Of a stretch of 64,000 nt of DNA, positions 18,664 through 28,528 are shown one piece after another. Under the pieces are notes generated by a model. That model saw only the letters and a list, made by a program, of their open reading frames with translations, ran no database searches and was not told where the DNA came from. The first letter of the stretch is position 1. Every line of letters begins with the position of its first letter. Source of the stretch: Patescibacteria group bacterium (GTDB taxonomy: Bacteria; Patescibacteriota; Minisyncoccia; Phycocordibacterales; JBBUBG01); the NCBI GenBank assembly GCA_040384765.1, contig JAZKIQ010000004.1, forward strand, positions 71,424 through 135,423, read 5' to 3'. The position numbers were made by a program, and so were the translations under genes.

Positions 18664-20130
18664 ATGTACGACAACTACGCTGTCCCATTTTTTGTCGGAT
18701 TTTTGGTTGCGCTTACTGCCGCCTCCTTTTTGACGATTCCTCTCTCTGCCGTACTGTTTTCTTGCGTTGTTGCTCTCGCTTTTCTTTTGCTTTCCCGACA
18801 GTACCGTTTTACTCCAGCCGCTTTTTTCTGCGTGGGTGTCGCATTTGGACTGACGAGATTTCTTGGTTCGGATGTTCCGAGAGACCTGCCCAAAGAGGTG
18901 CTTGGCGTCGAACATTCATATGAGGGAGTAGTTGTAGAGGAGCCTGTCGTTTCGGATCAGAATGCAAAGCTTCTCGTGCATCTTTCCGATCCCGAGCTTT
19001 CTGTCCTTGTAACGACAAACCGATATCCGGTCTATGAATATGGCGATGATATCGAACTCGTAGGGAAGCTAAAGAAGCCTGAAAACTTTTCCGATTTTGA
19101 CTGGGTGGGGTATCTCGATATGCGCGGGGTTTCGTATGTGATGAGTTATCCGAATACCACCCTCATCTCTCGCGCTAGTGGATCGGCACTGCTCACGACC
19201 CTTCTTCGCTTCAAGCACTGGTCGATCGAAAAGATCGCGGAGGTGCTGCCCGAGCCAGCTGCTTCTTTTGCGGCCGGGATTGCATTTGGGGGAAAGGGAG
19301 GCCTCCCGAAAGATCTCACGGAGTCATTTAGAAAAACGGGCACTTCACATATTGTTGCAGTGTCAGGCTACAACCTTACTTTCGTTGCCGATCGCATCGA
19401 TCTCCTTTTGAGAGGTGCGCCACTGTTCCTTGCTCGATTTGGGGGAGTGCTCGGGATCATTCTGTTTACTCTTATGACTGGTGCACAGGGAGCAACTGTG
19501 CGCGCTGCCATCATGGCGCTCGCGCTTATTGCAGCCCGTCATCTGGGCAGGCCAGCGAGTCAGTTTCGACTCCTTATGATCGCGGTGTTTTTTATGGCGC
19601 TCCAAAATCCACGGATTCTTTTCTTCGATCTCTCTTTCGAGCTTAGTTTTCTCGCAACAGTGGGGCTCATTTTTCTGTCACCTCTCTTTGAGAATCTCAT
19701 TGAACGCTTCGTTTCGTCCGACGCGCTTCGGACTCTTATTTCAGGCACCCTTGGCGCACAGACGGCCGTGCTTCCTCTTATTTTGTATAAAACAGGGATT
19801 CTTTCCCTTGTCGCGCTTCCCGTAAATCTGGTCGTCTTGCCCTTGGTGCCTTTTGCGATGATCCTTGTTTTGGTGACAGCTCTCTTTGGGGCCTTCTCAC
19901 ACCTTCTTTCGTTCGCCATCGGTGCAGTTGCTTATGGAGTCCTCTCGGCAATCCTTTTTATTATCGAACAGTCTGCTGCGCTTCCTCTTGCTTTCGTTGA
20001 GGTTGGTTTTCCTTTTTCTCTCATGTGCTTTAGCTATGCGTTCCTCGTAGCTTGGATCTTCTTTGCTTATGAGCTTTCGAAAGCCCCGGCAGTGCTCGTC
20101 GACGGAGTCCGCATCGAACTCGTCGACTAA
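18664..20130 (+). CDS. comEC: ComEC/Rec2 competence channel (OB + competence domains)
   Basis: GDDIELVGKLKKP, TGTSHIVAVSGYN, RAAIM, SFELSFLATVG. Confidence 0.93.
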   Translation: MYDNYAVPFFVGFLVALTAASFLTIPLSAVLFSCVVALAFLLLSRQYRFTPAAFFCVGVAFGLTRFLGSDVPRDLPKEVLGVEHSYEGVVVEEPVVSDQNAKLLVHLSDPELSVLVTTNRYPVYEYGDDIELVGKLKKPENFSDFDWVGYLDMRGVSYVMSYPNTTLISRASGSALLTTLLRFKHWSIEKIAEVLPEPAASFAAGIAFGGKGGLPKDLTESFRKTGTSHIVAVSGYNLTFVADRIDLLLRGAPLFLARFGGVLGIILFTLMTGAQGATVRAAIMALALIAARHLGRPASQFRLLMIAVFFMALQNPRILFFDLSFELSFLATVGLIFLSPLFENLIERFVSSDALRTLISGTLGAQTAVLPLILYKTGILSLVALPVNLVVLPLVPFAMILVLVTALFGAFSHLLSFAIGAVAYGVLSAILFIIEQSAALPLAFVEVGFPFSLMCFSYAFLVAWIFFAYELSKAPAVLVDGVRIELVD

Positions 20131-20166
20131 GAATCGCGCTGTTCCTCGATCTGCTACACTTTTCCT

Positions 20167-21018
20167 GTGCCGTTTTCGTATAATAAATGGTTGCTAGTGG
20201 CTCTTCTTCTCGCTGGGAATATCGGCGTTTGGAATGCAGTTGCGGCAGAAGCCGCGCACCCTTTGCGCATATATGTGCTCGATGTGGGCCAAGGGGATGC
20301 GATATATGTAGAAGCTCCAAACGGAAACAGTCTTCTCTTGGACGGTGGGCCTGACCGTTCGGTACTCCGAAGGCTTGGTGAAATTATGCCCTGGTATCGG
20401 AGGTCGATCGACCTCATCGCTCTTTCTCACCCGCACAAAGATCATTTTGAAGGTCTTATTGACGTTGTCTCTCGGTATAAGGTTGGCGGACTGGTTGGCT
20501 CGGGTACACAAACGGATGACCCGTACTACCGGTCTTGGCGCGAGGCTCTGATTCAGGAAAAAGTATCTGAGGTGATTCTCGGCAAGGGCGCAGTGATCGA
20601 CCTCGGCGGTGGTGTTCTCTTGACCACGCTTCTTCCGAGAGAGGATGCGACACACTCAACACCGCATGATGGAATGCTCGTTATGCGTCTTGACTACGGT
20701 GAGAGCTCTATTCTTTTCACGGGCGATATGGAGGAAAATCTGGAGTCAGGACTCGCGATTTTCGAAAGGGAAGAGATACGGTCAGATGTTCTCAAGGTTG
20801 GTCATCATGGCTCGCGTACTTCGAGCTCCGAGCAGTTTCTCGATGCGGTAGGGCCCGCGATTGCGGTGATCTCTTTGGGAAAAGGGAATAGCTACGGTCA
20901 TCCGCACAGTGAAGTAGTGGAGAGGTTGCTCTCGCGCAAGATCGAGATTTTTCGTACTGATAGTGAAGGGACAGTACTACTTGAAAGTGAGGGAGAACGC
21001 TTTGTTATTCAAAAATAG
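20167..21018 (+). CDS. ComEC-type metallo-beta-lactamase-fold protein (stand-alone)
   Basis: LDVGQGDA, SHPHKDHFEG, LFTGD, LKVGHHGS, NSYGHP, RTDSEG. Confidence 0.92.
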   Translation: MPFSYNKWLLVALLLAGNIGVWNAVAAEAAHPLRIYVLDVGQGDAIYVEAPNGNSLLLDGGPDRSVLRRLGEIMPWYRRSIDLIALSHPHKDHFEGLIDVVSRYKVGGLVGSGTQTDDPYYRSWREALIQEKVSEVILGKGAVIDLGGGVLLTTLLPREDATHSTPHDGMLVMRLDYGESSILFTGDMEENLESGLAIFEREEIRSDVLKVGHHGSRTSSSEQFLDAVGPAIAVISLGKGNSYGHPHSEVVERLLSRKIEIFRTDSEGTVLLESEGERFVIQK

Positions 21019-21025
21019 CCCCCAC

Positions 21026-21823
21026 CTAATGAGCATGAGTGCCAGCCTCTGTTTCTGGTGGGAGTACGTATGGTGCGACTACGGGAGATGGAGTAGGAGA
21101 AAATGGGCGGATGCTCGCGAGAAGAGTTTTCCCTTCTTCTCTGTAGTTTTGAGTAAGGAGATCTTTTTGTTCTGCGACATAGTACCAGGTACGGATAACT
21201 ATGCCGTTTATGACTTCGCGTTTTTGGAGCGCGTAGATAGAAAGTGGGCCGAGGTTTGCGGGATCTTGGCAGTTTAGCGCGCGTGTTTCGATGAGGCGCG
21301 CCCGGAGAGAGGTGGGAAGCTCTGTGGGTATCGTATAGAGGCAGCGGTCAAAAAAGCTTTGCTGGTAGAGATTGGGGCGAGTTGGGATATCGCTTGTGCG
21401 AACACCTGTGGGGAAAATCTCTACGATAATCGTTTTTGTGACGCTACCGATTGTTGCGTAGACTGACTCTTTTTTTACAAAAATCGCTTGCACTACGTGG
21501 CCCGGCTTGTCGGCAAAGGTGAGCTTGCGTTCTCCTGCGTATGCCCAGCTGAGGTCGGGGAGTGGCATCGCTGTCCTGGTGCCGTTTGCTTCTATCAAGT
21601 AGGTGTTCGAAGCCCCGCCATTTCCGTTTGCGAGAACTGCTACATGGCCCGTACCCGGAGTGTTGATCGCTTTTGAGAAAGGGTCGACCAGCCCGTACAT
21701 AAGTGTGTATACGACAAAAGCGGCAAACCAGAGGCCAAGGAAGAGGACGAGGAGTCTGAATATAAGAAACCCCTCAATCCACTTGAACGACTTTGAGATT
21801 GCGTCTGAGATCAAGGTAAACAT
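21026..21823 (-). CDS. Membrane-anchored hypothetical protein
   Basis: 265-aa ORF with N-terminal TM; no recognised motif. Confidence 0.7.
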   Translation of the reverse strand: MFTLISDAISKSFKWIEGFLIFRLLVLFLGLWFAAFVVYTLMYGLVDPFSKAINTPGTGHVAVLANGNGGASNTYLIEANGTRTAMPLPDLSWAYAGERKLTFADKPGHVVQAIFVKKESVYATIGSVTKTIIVEIFPTGVRTSDIPTRPNLYQQSFFDRCLYTIPTELPTSLRARLIETRALNCQDPANLGPLSIYALQKREVINGIVIRTWYYVAEQKDLLTQNYREEGKTLLASIRPFSPTPSPVVAPYVLPPETEAGTHAH

Positions 21824-21877
21824 CTCTTTTAGTATCCCATAGAAAGCGGAAAGTTTTTAGGAGAACAGGGTAGAGAA

Positions 21878-21912
21878 AAAGAAACACCGCCACTTTGTGG
21901 CGGTGTTTCTTT
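21878..21912. terminator. Intrinsic terminator, probably for rpmB (minus strand)
   Basis: aaagaaacaccgccac-ttt-gtggcggtgtttcttt. Confidence 0.8.
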
Positions 21913-21923
21913 AGATTTTCTTA

Positions 21924-21986
21924 TTGCCTAGTGAAGTGAGAGTCGCGAAAGTGTACTCACTTTCATGACCGAACGAATGACGGCAA
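21924..21986 (+). repeat. Dispersed structured element, family B copy 1
   Basis: TTGCCTAGTGAAGTGAG-[hairpin]-CCGAACGAATGACGGCAA; related copies at 29303 (-), 36776 and 54113. Confidence 0.9.
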
Positions 21987-22001
21987 AAAAGTGAGCACAC
22001 T

Positions 22002-22250
22002 TTATGCTGCGACTGGCTCTGCTTTAGGTGTTATCGTTTTTCGCTTGCGTGCAGTTGAAGGTCCGAGGTGGAGCGATGCTTTCAAGCAGTGTGTACAGAT
22101 TTTGATACGTGAACCGTCTGCGAGGCGTGCCCACTGCAGGTTTGGCTGCCGACGGCGAGTGCCTGTCGGGTTGAATTTTGTAGCACGAACACGGTTGGAG
22201 TAGCCTCCTCCGTTGTGCGTACCTTTGCTGCAAATAGGGCACATCTTCAT
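22002..22250 (-). CDS. rpmB: 50S ribosomal protein L28
   Basis: CPICSK...RRRQPNLQ...IKICTHCLK, zinc-binding L28 type. Confidence 0.9.
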   Translation of the reverse strand: MKMCPICSKGTHNGGGYSNRVRATKFNPTGTRRRQPNLQWARLADGSRIKICTHCLKASLHLGPSTARKRKTITPKAEPVAA

Positions 22251-22282
22251 GGTTTTTGTATGCTACTATACCTCTACTCTCC

Positions 22283-22885
22283 ATGCAAGGATTTTCACTC
22301 ATTTTTGACCTCCTGATCGTCCTCGTTTCCGTCATTGTGCACGAAGTTTCGCACGGGTATATGGCGGCGTATCTCGGCGACCCTACAGCGAAGCTTTCGG
22401 GTCGCCTGACCCTCAATCCGCTTTCGCACCTTGATCCGTTTGGCTCGATTTTGTTGCCAGGGATGCTCTATTTTATAGGTGCACCGATGATCGGATATGC
22501 AAAGCCGGTACCGTACAATCCATATAACCTTCGCGGTGGGAAATGGGGACCTGCGCTTGTTGCAATGGCGGGACCCGGGACCAATTTTCTTATCGCTCTT
22601 ATTTTTGGTCTTTTGCTCAGGTTTGCTCCGGTTGATCTGGCAACTGTCTCGGTGCTTTCGTCGATCGTACTTATCAATATTGTACTTGGTGTTTTCAACT
22701 CGATACCTGTGGCTCCGCTTGATGGATCGAAGGTGCTTTTTGCCCTTCTTCCATATCGCTACTATTGGGTAGAGGAGTGGGCCGAGCGATACAGTCTTGT
22801 GCTCGTGCTACTTTTTATCATTCTTGGTTGGCCGCTCGTGGAGTGGATTGTGCCGCTTGTCTTCCGGTTGATTGTCGGTGTTTGA
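22283..22885 (+). CDS. Site-2 protease (M50) family membrane metalloprotease
   Basis: HEVSHG, GDPTAKLSGRLTLNP, AGPGTN, FNSIPVAPLDGS. Confidence 0.93.
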   Translation: MQGFSLIFDLLIVLVSVIVHEVSHGYMAAYLGDPTAKLSGRLTLNPLSHLDPFGSILLPGMLYFIGAPMIGYAKPVPYNPYNLRGGKWGPALVAMAGPGTNFLIALIFGLLLRFAPVDLATVSVLSSIVLINIVLGVFNSIPVAPLDGSKVLFALLPYRYYWVEEWAERYSLVLVLLFIILGWPLVEWIVPLVFRLIVGV

Positions 22886-23007
22886 AGCACGTTTTAAAAC
22901 CGCAGATTCGCGAAGCCGAGGGAGAAAAATGCGAGGTGTACACAAGGTACAGTGAGTGTTTTTCGACCGATGGCGACAAAGAAGGTGGGGTTTTAAAACG
23001 TGCTTCA
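22883..23007 (+). repeat. 125-nt MITE-like long hairpin element
   Basis: 19-bp terminal inverted repeats tgaagcacgttttaaaacc / ggttttaaaacgtgcttca; interior pairs with purine-rich internal loops. Confidence 0.75.
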
Positions 23008-23062
23008 GGAGGTATACTATCCTCGGCTTGTAAAAACAGGGGGAAGAAAGGGGTGATCTCAG

Positions 23063-23824
23063 GTGCCTTTTTCAAAAAGGGGAGCGGCTGGAAAGAAGCT
23101 ATTCGGACTTTCCACGGCAGATACAGAACAGAGTACTGAAAAAAAGGAGGTGATCGTACGTGCGCTCGTGCCTCTTGTGGAGGGTGCGCGGTCGCTCCTG
23201 CATATCGGGGCAGGGGACGGCGCTCTTGCCATCCCTCTTTCTCGAGTGGTGACTCGGTATGTAGCCCTCGATCGTAGGCCGACACATCTCAGGGCTCTCA
23301 AGGCAGCAGGCCTGGAGGTGATTGAGGGTACGTTTCCGTGCCCTGTCCGGACGAGTCGGGCGCTTGGGGTGAGAACCGAAGGGTTTGCTCGCGTGGTGGC
23401 ATGCGAGATAGTGCCATCTCGGCAGGACCAGCTCGAGGCGTTCATTACGAGTGCTTGGTCGTCCGTAGAGAGTCAGGGCGCGCTTATCCTCGTGGTTCTT
23501 GATGACGAGGATTCGGAGTGGCGGCTGCTTCTCGAAAAGCTTGGGCTCTTCGAGGATTCGGGTATCGTTCCGGGAAGAATCGACACAATCGCTTCAATGC
23601 TCGTGGGGAAGGGTAGCCTCGACATGATTGCTCTCGGGTCGGTCCTTGTTTCGGACGGATATGCGGATTTCATCGCAGAGCTTGCCCGTATCTATCTACG
23701 GGGCGACGCTGGCCACGACCGGTGCTTTCGAGCGACTGAAGCCCTGCTCAAGGCCCGATACTGGAACGGGACCTCCTTTTTATTCCCGCTTACGCACCTT
23801 ATCTATAGGTGCATTCGCTTCTAG
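23063..23824 (+). CDS. Class I SAM-dependent methyltransferase-like protein
   Basis: SLLHIGAGDG motif I, YVALD motif II. Confidence 0.75.
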   Translation: MPFSKRGAAGKKLFGLSTADTEQSTEKKEVIVRALVPLVEGARSLLHIGAGDGALAIPLSRVVTRYVALDRRPTHLRALKAAGLEVIEGTFPCPVRTSRALGVRTEGFARVVACEIVPSRQDQLEAFITSAWSSVESQGALILVVLDDEDSEWRLLLEKLGLFEDSGIVPGRIDTIASMLVGKGSLDMIALGSVLVSDGYADFIAELARIYLRGDAGHDRCFRATEALLKARYWNGTSFLFPLTHLIYRCIRF

Positions 23825-23843
23825 CCTCGGGTTCACGATGGCG

Positions 23844-23877
23844 CTGCGCACGGCTTCCGTGCGCAGTTCTCTTTTTC
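23844..23877 (+). terminator. Probable intrinsic terminator
   Basis: ctgcgcacgg-ctt-ccgtgcgcag plus pyrimidine/T tract. Confidence 0.6.
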
Positions 23878-23879
23878 TG

Positions 23880-23908
23880 TTGACAACCACCCTCCCTTTG
23901 CTTACTAT
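23880..23908 (+). promoter_or_regulatory. Sigma70-type promoter of the str operon
   Basis: TTGACA-17 nt-TACTAT, 15 nt before the rpsL ATG. Confidence 0.8.
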
Positions 23909-23923
23909 GTACCTCTACATATC

Positions 23924-24343
23924 ATGTCGACCATCAATCAGCTCATACGCAAGCCCCGCAAGCCTTCTCGCCGGCTCTCGCGCACCGTTGCGCTCGCGCG
24001 CGGCTTTAACACGCTTAAGAACCGCCCGGTGTTTTATCCAGCGCCTTTTAAGCGAGGTGTATGCACAAAGGTATCGACTACAACTCCGAAAAAGCCTAAC
24101 TCAGCTCTCCGAAAGATCGCCCGCGTTCGCCTTACGAACGGCATGGAGGTTACCGCATATATTCCTGGTATTGGCCACAATCTTCAGGAGCACTCAGTGG
24201 TGATCATCCGCGGCGGCAAGGTAAAGGACCTTCCTGGTGTTCGATATCATATCGTTCGCGGTATGCTCGATGCATCTGGCGTAGACAAGCGTAATCAGTC
24301 GCGCTCGAAGTATGGTGCAAAGCGACCAAAGGCTAAGAAGTAA
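23924..24343 (+). CDS. rpsL: 30S ribosomal protein S12
   Basis: [31 protein letters not shown]. Confidence 0.99.
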   Translation: MSTINQLIRKPRKPSRRLSRTVALARGFNTLKNRPVFYPAPFKRGVCTKVSTTTPKKPNSALRKIARVRLTNGMEVTAYIPGIGHNLQEHSVVIIRGGKVKDLPGVRYHIVRGMLDASGVDKRNQSRSKYGAKRPKAKK

Positions 24344-24357
24344 TTTTGTAATATCTC

Positions 24358-24828
24358 ATGCGACGCAAAGTAAAAGGACGAAATATAGTAAAACCGGATT
24401 TCAAATACAATTCGGTGAAGATTGCTCAGTTCATCAACTACACCATGGAGGATGGCAAGAAGGAGGTTGCCCGAAAGGTGGTGTACGGTATGCTCGAGGA
24501 TCTGAAAAGGGATATGAAGGTTGAGAACCCGGTAGAGCTTTTTGAGATTGCGATCAAGAACGTGGCGCCTTCAACCGAGGTGCGCAGCCGCCGCATTGGT
24601 GGTGCTACATACCAGGTACCTCGCGAGGTTCGTCCGGAGCGTCGACAGGCACTTGCGTATCGCTGGATTCTTGATGCAGCACGCAGCAAGAAAGGTTCGC
24701 CAATCCAGAAGCGTCTTGCGGATGAGATTATCGCTGCATCAAAGAACGAAGGGGAAGCGGTGCGCAAGAGAGAGAACACTCAGAAGATGGCTGACGCGAA
24801 CCGGGCATTTGCACATTTTGCTTGGTAA
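24358..24828 (+). CDS. rpsG: 30S ribosomal protein S7
   Basis: DGKK, EVRSRRIGGATYQVP, MADANRAFAHF. Confidence 0.99.
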   Translation: MRRKVKGRNIVKPDFKYNSVKIAQFINYTMEDGKKEVARKVVYGMLEDLKRDMKVENPVELFEIAIKNVAPSTEVRSRRIGGATYQVPREVRPERRQALAYRWILDAARSKKGSPIQKRLADEIIAASKNEGEAVRKRENTQKMADANRAFAHFAW

Positions 24829-24830
24829 GT

Positions 24831-24941
24831 GGCGCTCGCCACAGTTCCTTTTTGGAACACGGATAATTTTTTGCTAAAAATTTCCTCGAGCTCGCGCCGG
24901 TCGCGCTCCCTAGTTTCCAAAAAGGAACTGTGGCGAGCGCC
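24831..24941 (-). repeat. Family A copy 3
   Basis: 27-bp perfect inverted arms (24831-24857 / 24915-24941) around the family A core. Confidence 0.9.
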
Positions 24942-24999
24942 CTCGCTTGTTTCGAGTGCGCGATTGCCGGATTTTAAATAAAAATAAATTACACAAGGA

Positions 25000-27135
25000 A
25001 TGGAACGTGACTATCCTCTAGAGAAAGTACGCAACTTCGGTATCATCGCTCATATCGACGCGGGAAAGACGACAACGTCCGAGCGTATTTTGTACTACAC
25101 CGGAGAGACTCATAAGATCGGTGAGGTGCATGAAGGAGAGACAGTTACGGACTGGATGGAGCAGGAGCGCGAGCGTGGTATCACTATTACTGCCGCCGCT
25201 ATCACCTGTTTTTGGAACCCGACCTACGTGGCAAAAGGGGATGTTTCAAAGAAACATCGTTTCAATATTATCGACACTCCGGGGCATATCGACTTTACCG
25301 TAGAGGTAAAGCGATCGCTCCGCGTGCTCGACGGTGCTGTCGTGGTATTTGACGGAGTAGCCGGTGTAGAGCCTCAGTCAGAGACCAACTGGCGCTATGC
25401 CGACGATGCTATGACCCCTCGCATCTGTTTCATCAACAAGCTCGACCGTATGGGTGCCTCATTTGAGCGCTCGTTCGCTTCGATCCTCGATCGTCTCAAC
25501 AAAAACGCTGTTCGCGTGCAGATCCCTATGGGTCTCGAAGAGCATTTTGGCGGCGTGATCGACCTTCTCAAAATGAAGGCATATTACTTCGAAGGGGAGA
25601 TGGGCAACACGATTCGTGAGGAAGAGGTGCCAGCAGAATATATGGAGGAGGCAAAGAAGTATCGTGCAGAGCTCGTCGAAAAAATCGCCGCAGAAGATGA
25701 TGCCCTTATGGCTAAGTTCCTCGATGGCGCAGAGCTCTCTCTCCCAGAGCTCAAGGCGGGTCTTCGCAAGGCAACGCTTGCGGTGAAGCTTATCCCTGTT
25801 TTTACCGGCTCCGCGCTCAAGAACAAGGGTGTACAGCTCGTACTCGATGGCGTGGTGGACTACCTTCCTTCGCCTGTAGATATGCCGCCAGTACACGGTA
25901 TTGATCCAGCAACGGGTGCAGATATTGCCCGAAGCGCTTCTGATACAGAGCCATTTTCTGCTCTCGCTTTCAAGCTTCAGGTGGACCCCTTTGTGGGACA
26001 GCTCACGTTCTTCCGTGTCTACTCAGGTACGCTCGAAGCAGGAAGCTATATTTACAACGCAACAACAGGTGAAAAGGAGCGCCTTGGCCGCATCGTGCGC
26101 CTTCAGGCAGATAAGCGGGAAGAGGTAAAGAAAGTGTTCGCGGGAGAGATCGCCGCCGCGGTAGGCCTCAAGAGCGCGCGCACTTCGCACACTTTTTGTG
26201 ACGAATCGAAACCGATCATCCTTGATCCGATCAAGTTCGTTGATCCCGTAGTATCGCTCAGGATCGAGCCAAAGACGAAGGCTGACCAGGAGAAGATGGG
26301 TATGGCGCTCAAGAAGCTTGCTGATGAAGATCCTACCTTCCAGATCACCTCAAACGCGGAAACCGCTGAGACGCTTGTTTCAGGCATGGGAGAGCTTCAT
26401 CTTGAGATCATGATCGATCGCATGAAGCGCGAGTTTGGCGTGGAGGCAACAGTGGGCAAGCCACAGGTGGCATATCGTGAGACTATTCTCGGTACCGCTG
26501 AAGCAGAGTGCAAATATGTAAAGCAGTCTGGTGGAAAAGGTCAGTATGCTCATGTGAAGATCCGCGTAAAGCCACTCGACCTTTCCGAAGAGCCTTCAAA
26601 GCAGACGAAGCGTCGAGATCATTTCGAATTTACAAACTCAATCAAAGGTGGACTCATTCCGCAGGAGTTTATCCCAGCAGTGGAGAAGGGTCTTATCGAA
26701 GGCCTTTCGCGTGGTGTTGTTGCAGGATTTGCGCTCGTGGACGTGTCGGTGGAGCTTTTCCATGGTTCGTACCACGATGTAGACTCTTCTGAAATCGCCT
26801 TCAAGATCGCAGGATCGATGGCCGTGCAAGATGCGGTAAAGCAGGCTCGTCCGGTGATCCTTGAGCCGATCATGCGCGTAGAGGTGGTGATGCCAGAACG
26901 ATTTATGGGTGATGTTACCGGCTCGCTCAACTCAAAGCGTGGTCAGATCGAAGCGATGGAAGACCGTGGTCTCAACAAGGTGATCCGCGCCAAGGTGCCT
27001 CTTTCAGAGATGTTTGGGTACGTAACGAACCTTCGCTCTATGACCGAAGGCCGCGGCAGCTCCTCGATGGAGTTCGCAGAGTATGCAGTGGTACCGCCAA
27101 ACGTAGCCGCAACGATTGCCGCAAAGGTAAAGTAA
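25000..27135 (+). CDS. fusA: Elongation factor G
   Basis: [38 protein letters not shown]. Confidence 0.99.
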   Translation: MERDYPLEKVRNFGIIAHIDAGKTTTSERILYYTGETHKIGEVHEGETVTDWMEQERERGITITAAAITCFWNPTYVAKGDVSKKHRFNIIDTPGHIDFTVEVKRSLRVLDGAVVVFDGVAGVEPQSETNWRYADDAMTPRICFINKLDRMGASFERSFASILDRLNKNAVRVQIPMGLEEHFGGVIDLLKMKAYYFEGEMGNTIREEEVPAEYMEEAKKYRAELVEKIAAEDDALMAKFLDGAELSLPELKAGLRKATLAVKLIPVFTGSALKNKGVQLVLDGVVDYLPSPVDMPPVHGIDPATGADIARSASDTEPFSALAFKLQVDPFVGQLTFFRVYSGTLEAGSYIYNATTGEKERLGRIVRLQADKREEVKKVFAGEIAAAVGLKSARTSHTFCDESKPIILDPIKFVDPVVSLRIEPKTKADQEKMGMALKKLADEDPTFQITSNAETAETLVSGMGELHLEIMIDRMKREFGVEATVGKPQVAYRETILGTAEAECKYVKQSGGKGQYAHVKIRVKPLDLSEEPSKQTKRRDHFEFTNSIKGGLIPQEFIPAVEKGLIEGLSRGVVAGFALVDVSVELFHGSYHDVDSSEIAFKIAGSMAVQDAVKQARPVILEPIMRVEVVMPERFMGDVTGSLNSKRGQIEAMEDRGLNKVIRAKVPLSEMFGYVTNLRSMTEGRGSSSMEFAEYAVVPPNVAATIAAKVK

Positions 27136-27146
27136 ACAGAATTTTA

Positions 27147-27184
27147 ATCAGAAAAGCCCCGGCAGATGCCGGGGCTTTTCTGAT
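27147..27184 (+). terminator. Intrinsic terminator after fusA
   Basis: atcagaaaagccccggca-ga-tgccggggcttttctgat. Confidence 0.85.
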
Positions 27185-27213
27185 GTGGACACTGAAGGCC
27201 TATTCTAAAAGAA

Positions 27214-27246
27214 AATCCGCGGCGGCCCGAAGGGTCGCCGCGGATT
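27214..27246 (-). terminator. GC-rich hairpin, probable terminator of the minus-strand gene
   Basis: aatccgcggcggccc-gaa-gggtcgccgcggatt with an A tract on its left. Confidence 0.65.
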
Positions 27247-27261
27247 GCGTGGAGAAGTCGA

Positions 27262-27705
27262 TCACCGCTTTCGTCCCTTTCGGAAATAGATGGGAAGGGG
27301 AGAGATGATCTGGAGGAGTTGTCCTTTTTGGTGAGAGTTCCACCACTTAGCCACCCGCGCATGCACCGCGCGGTACTGGGCAAGCTCACGTCGGGTGATC
27401 GCTTCCGTTTTGAACTTCTGCCGATCGCGGAGAGATTCTTCTCGGGCAACCCCCATCATCTGCTCGAAATCGCCCGACCTCGGGTCGACGGTTTCGCGCA
27501 TGATGTTCGTGCGAAGGTCGCCGATTATTTCGGTAATGTAGTCTCGATCTTGCTGCTCTTCGATGTCAGGAAAGTCTCTAAGCGGTCGACCTTCCTCGTC
27601 GTGAGACGCTATGGTGACATCGTACTCGGGCCGATTGTGCGTCGGTGCACTGAGGAGCAGTGTGGGCAGTACACACAGGGCGAATGACATGAACAGAAAC
27701 TTCAT
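27262..27705 (-). CDS. Secreted hypothetical protein
   Basis: AGGAG upstream; signal peptide MKFLFMSFALCVLPTLLLSA. Confidence 0.6.
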   Translation of the reverse strand: MKFLFMSFALCVLPTLLLSAPTHNRPEYDVTIASHDEEGRPLRDFPDIEEQQDRDYITEIIGDLRTNIMRETVDPRSGDFEQMMGVAREESLRDRQKFKTEAITRRELAQYRAVHARVAKWWNSHQKGQLLQIISPLPIYFRKGRKR

Positions 27706-27818
27706 GGGCGCATCTCCTTTGATGGGTCGCTCTACGTCTGCTGTAGATATACCACGGGAGTGTCGCCTATAAAAACACAAAAAACGTCCAAGGCGACTTT
27801 TGTGATACATTTAGACTC

Positions 27819-28505
27819 ATGAATAGAAATACTCTTGGGGTGCTTTCGATTGTGCTCCTCGCAATAGTAGCGTTTGTGTCGTATCAGCCGCCTACGCCAG
27901 TGACGATCGAGGAGGTCGCTAAAGAACAGCCTGCTACCACAACCGCAAAAACCGTCACAGCAACGGCCGTCTCCGAGGTAAAGACAGATCCCTACGAGGG
28001 GTGGAACACCTACAAAAACGATACGTACGGTTTTTCGCTTCGGTATCCTGCTGATTGGGTAGTCGAGGCTATCGATGGTTCATATGCTCCACCACCATCT
28101 CCTACGTTCCAAGTGATCAGTATTTTCCCGCGCAAATATCGTGGCAGCGCGCATCCCGAGCAGGCGATCATCATAAGCCCTGATATTCAAAGCCCTGTTA
28201 TTGATAGCGCTCGAGGTGGTGTTGATTCACTTCAGTACCGCTTTTCAATCAATGACCAAGAGCTTTTTCAGGAGTTTCGAACTGAGTTTGGGCCAGAGGG
28301 ATACCAGCTTTCAACAGATGTGACGAAAGTGAACGGTCTGCCAGTTCTGATGGTGTATTCAACTCGGTTTCAGGTCCCAGCAGGACTGTTCTTTGCGCTG
28401 GAAGAAGCTCAGTTTGTAAAAGTAGAAAATGTGCTGCCAAGGGCGCCTGAAACGCATGTACAGAAGCTAAACGAAAAGATTCTTCTTTCTCTGAAAACGT
28501 TCTAG
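27819..28505 (+). CDS. Membrane-anchored PsbP-like protein
   Basis: TM + Thr-rich linker + WNTYKNDTYGFSLRYPADW; ends ILLSLK. Confidence 0.8.
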   Translation: MNRNTLGVLSIVLLAIVAFVSYQPPTPVTIEEVAKEQPATTTAKTVTATAVSEVKTDPYEGWNTYKNDTYGFSLRYPADWVVEAIDGSYAPPPSPTFQVISIFPRKYRGSAHPEQAIIISPDIQSPVIDSARGGVDSLQYRFSINDQELFQEFRTEFGPEGYQLSTDVTKVNGLPVLMVYSTRFQVPAGLFFALEEAQFVKVENVLPRAPETHVQKLNEKILLSLKTF

Positions 28506-28528
28506 GTAGTTGTGCTACTGTTAGTTGT

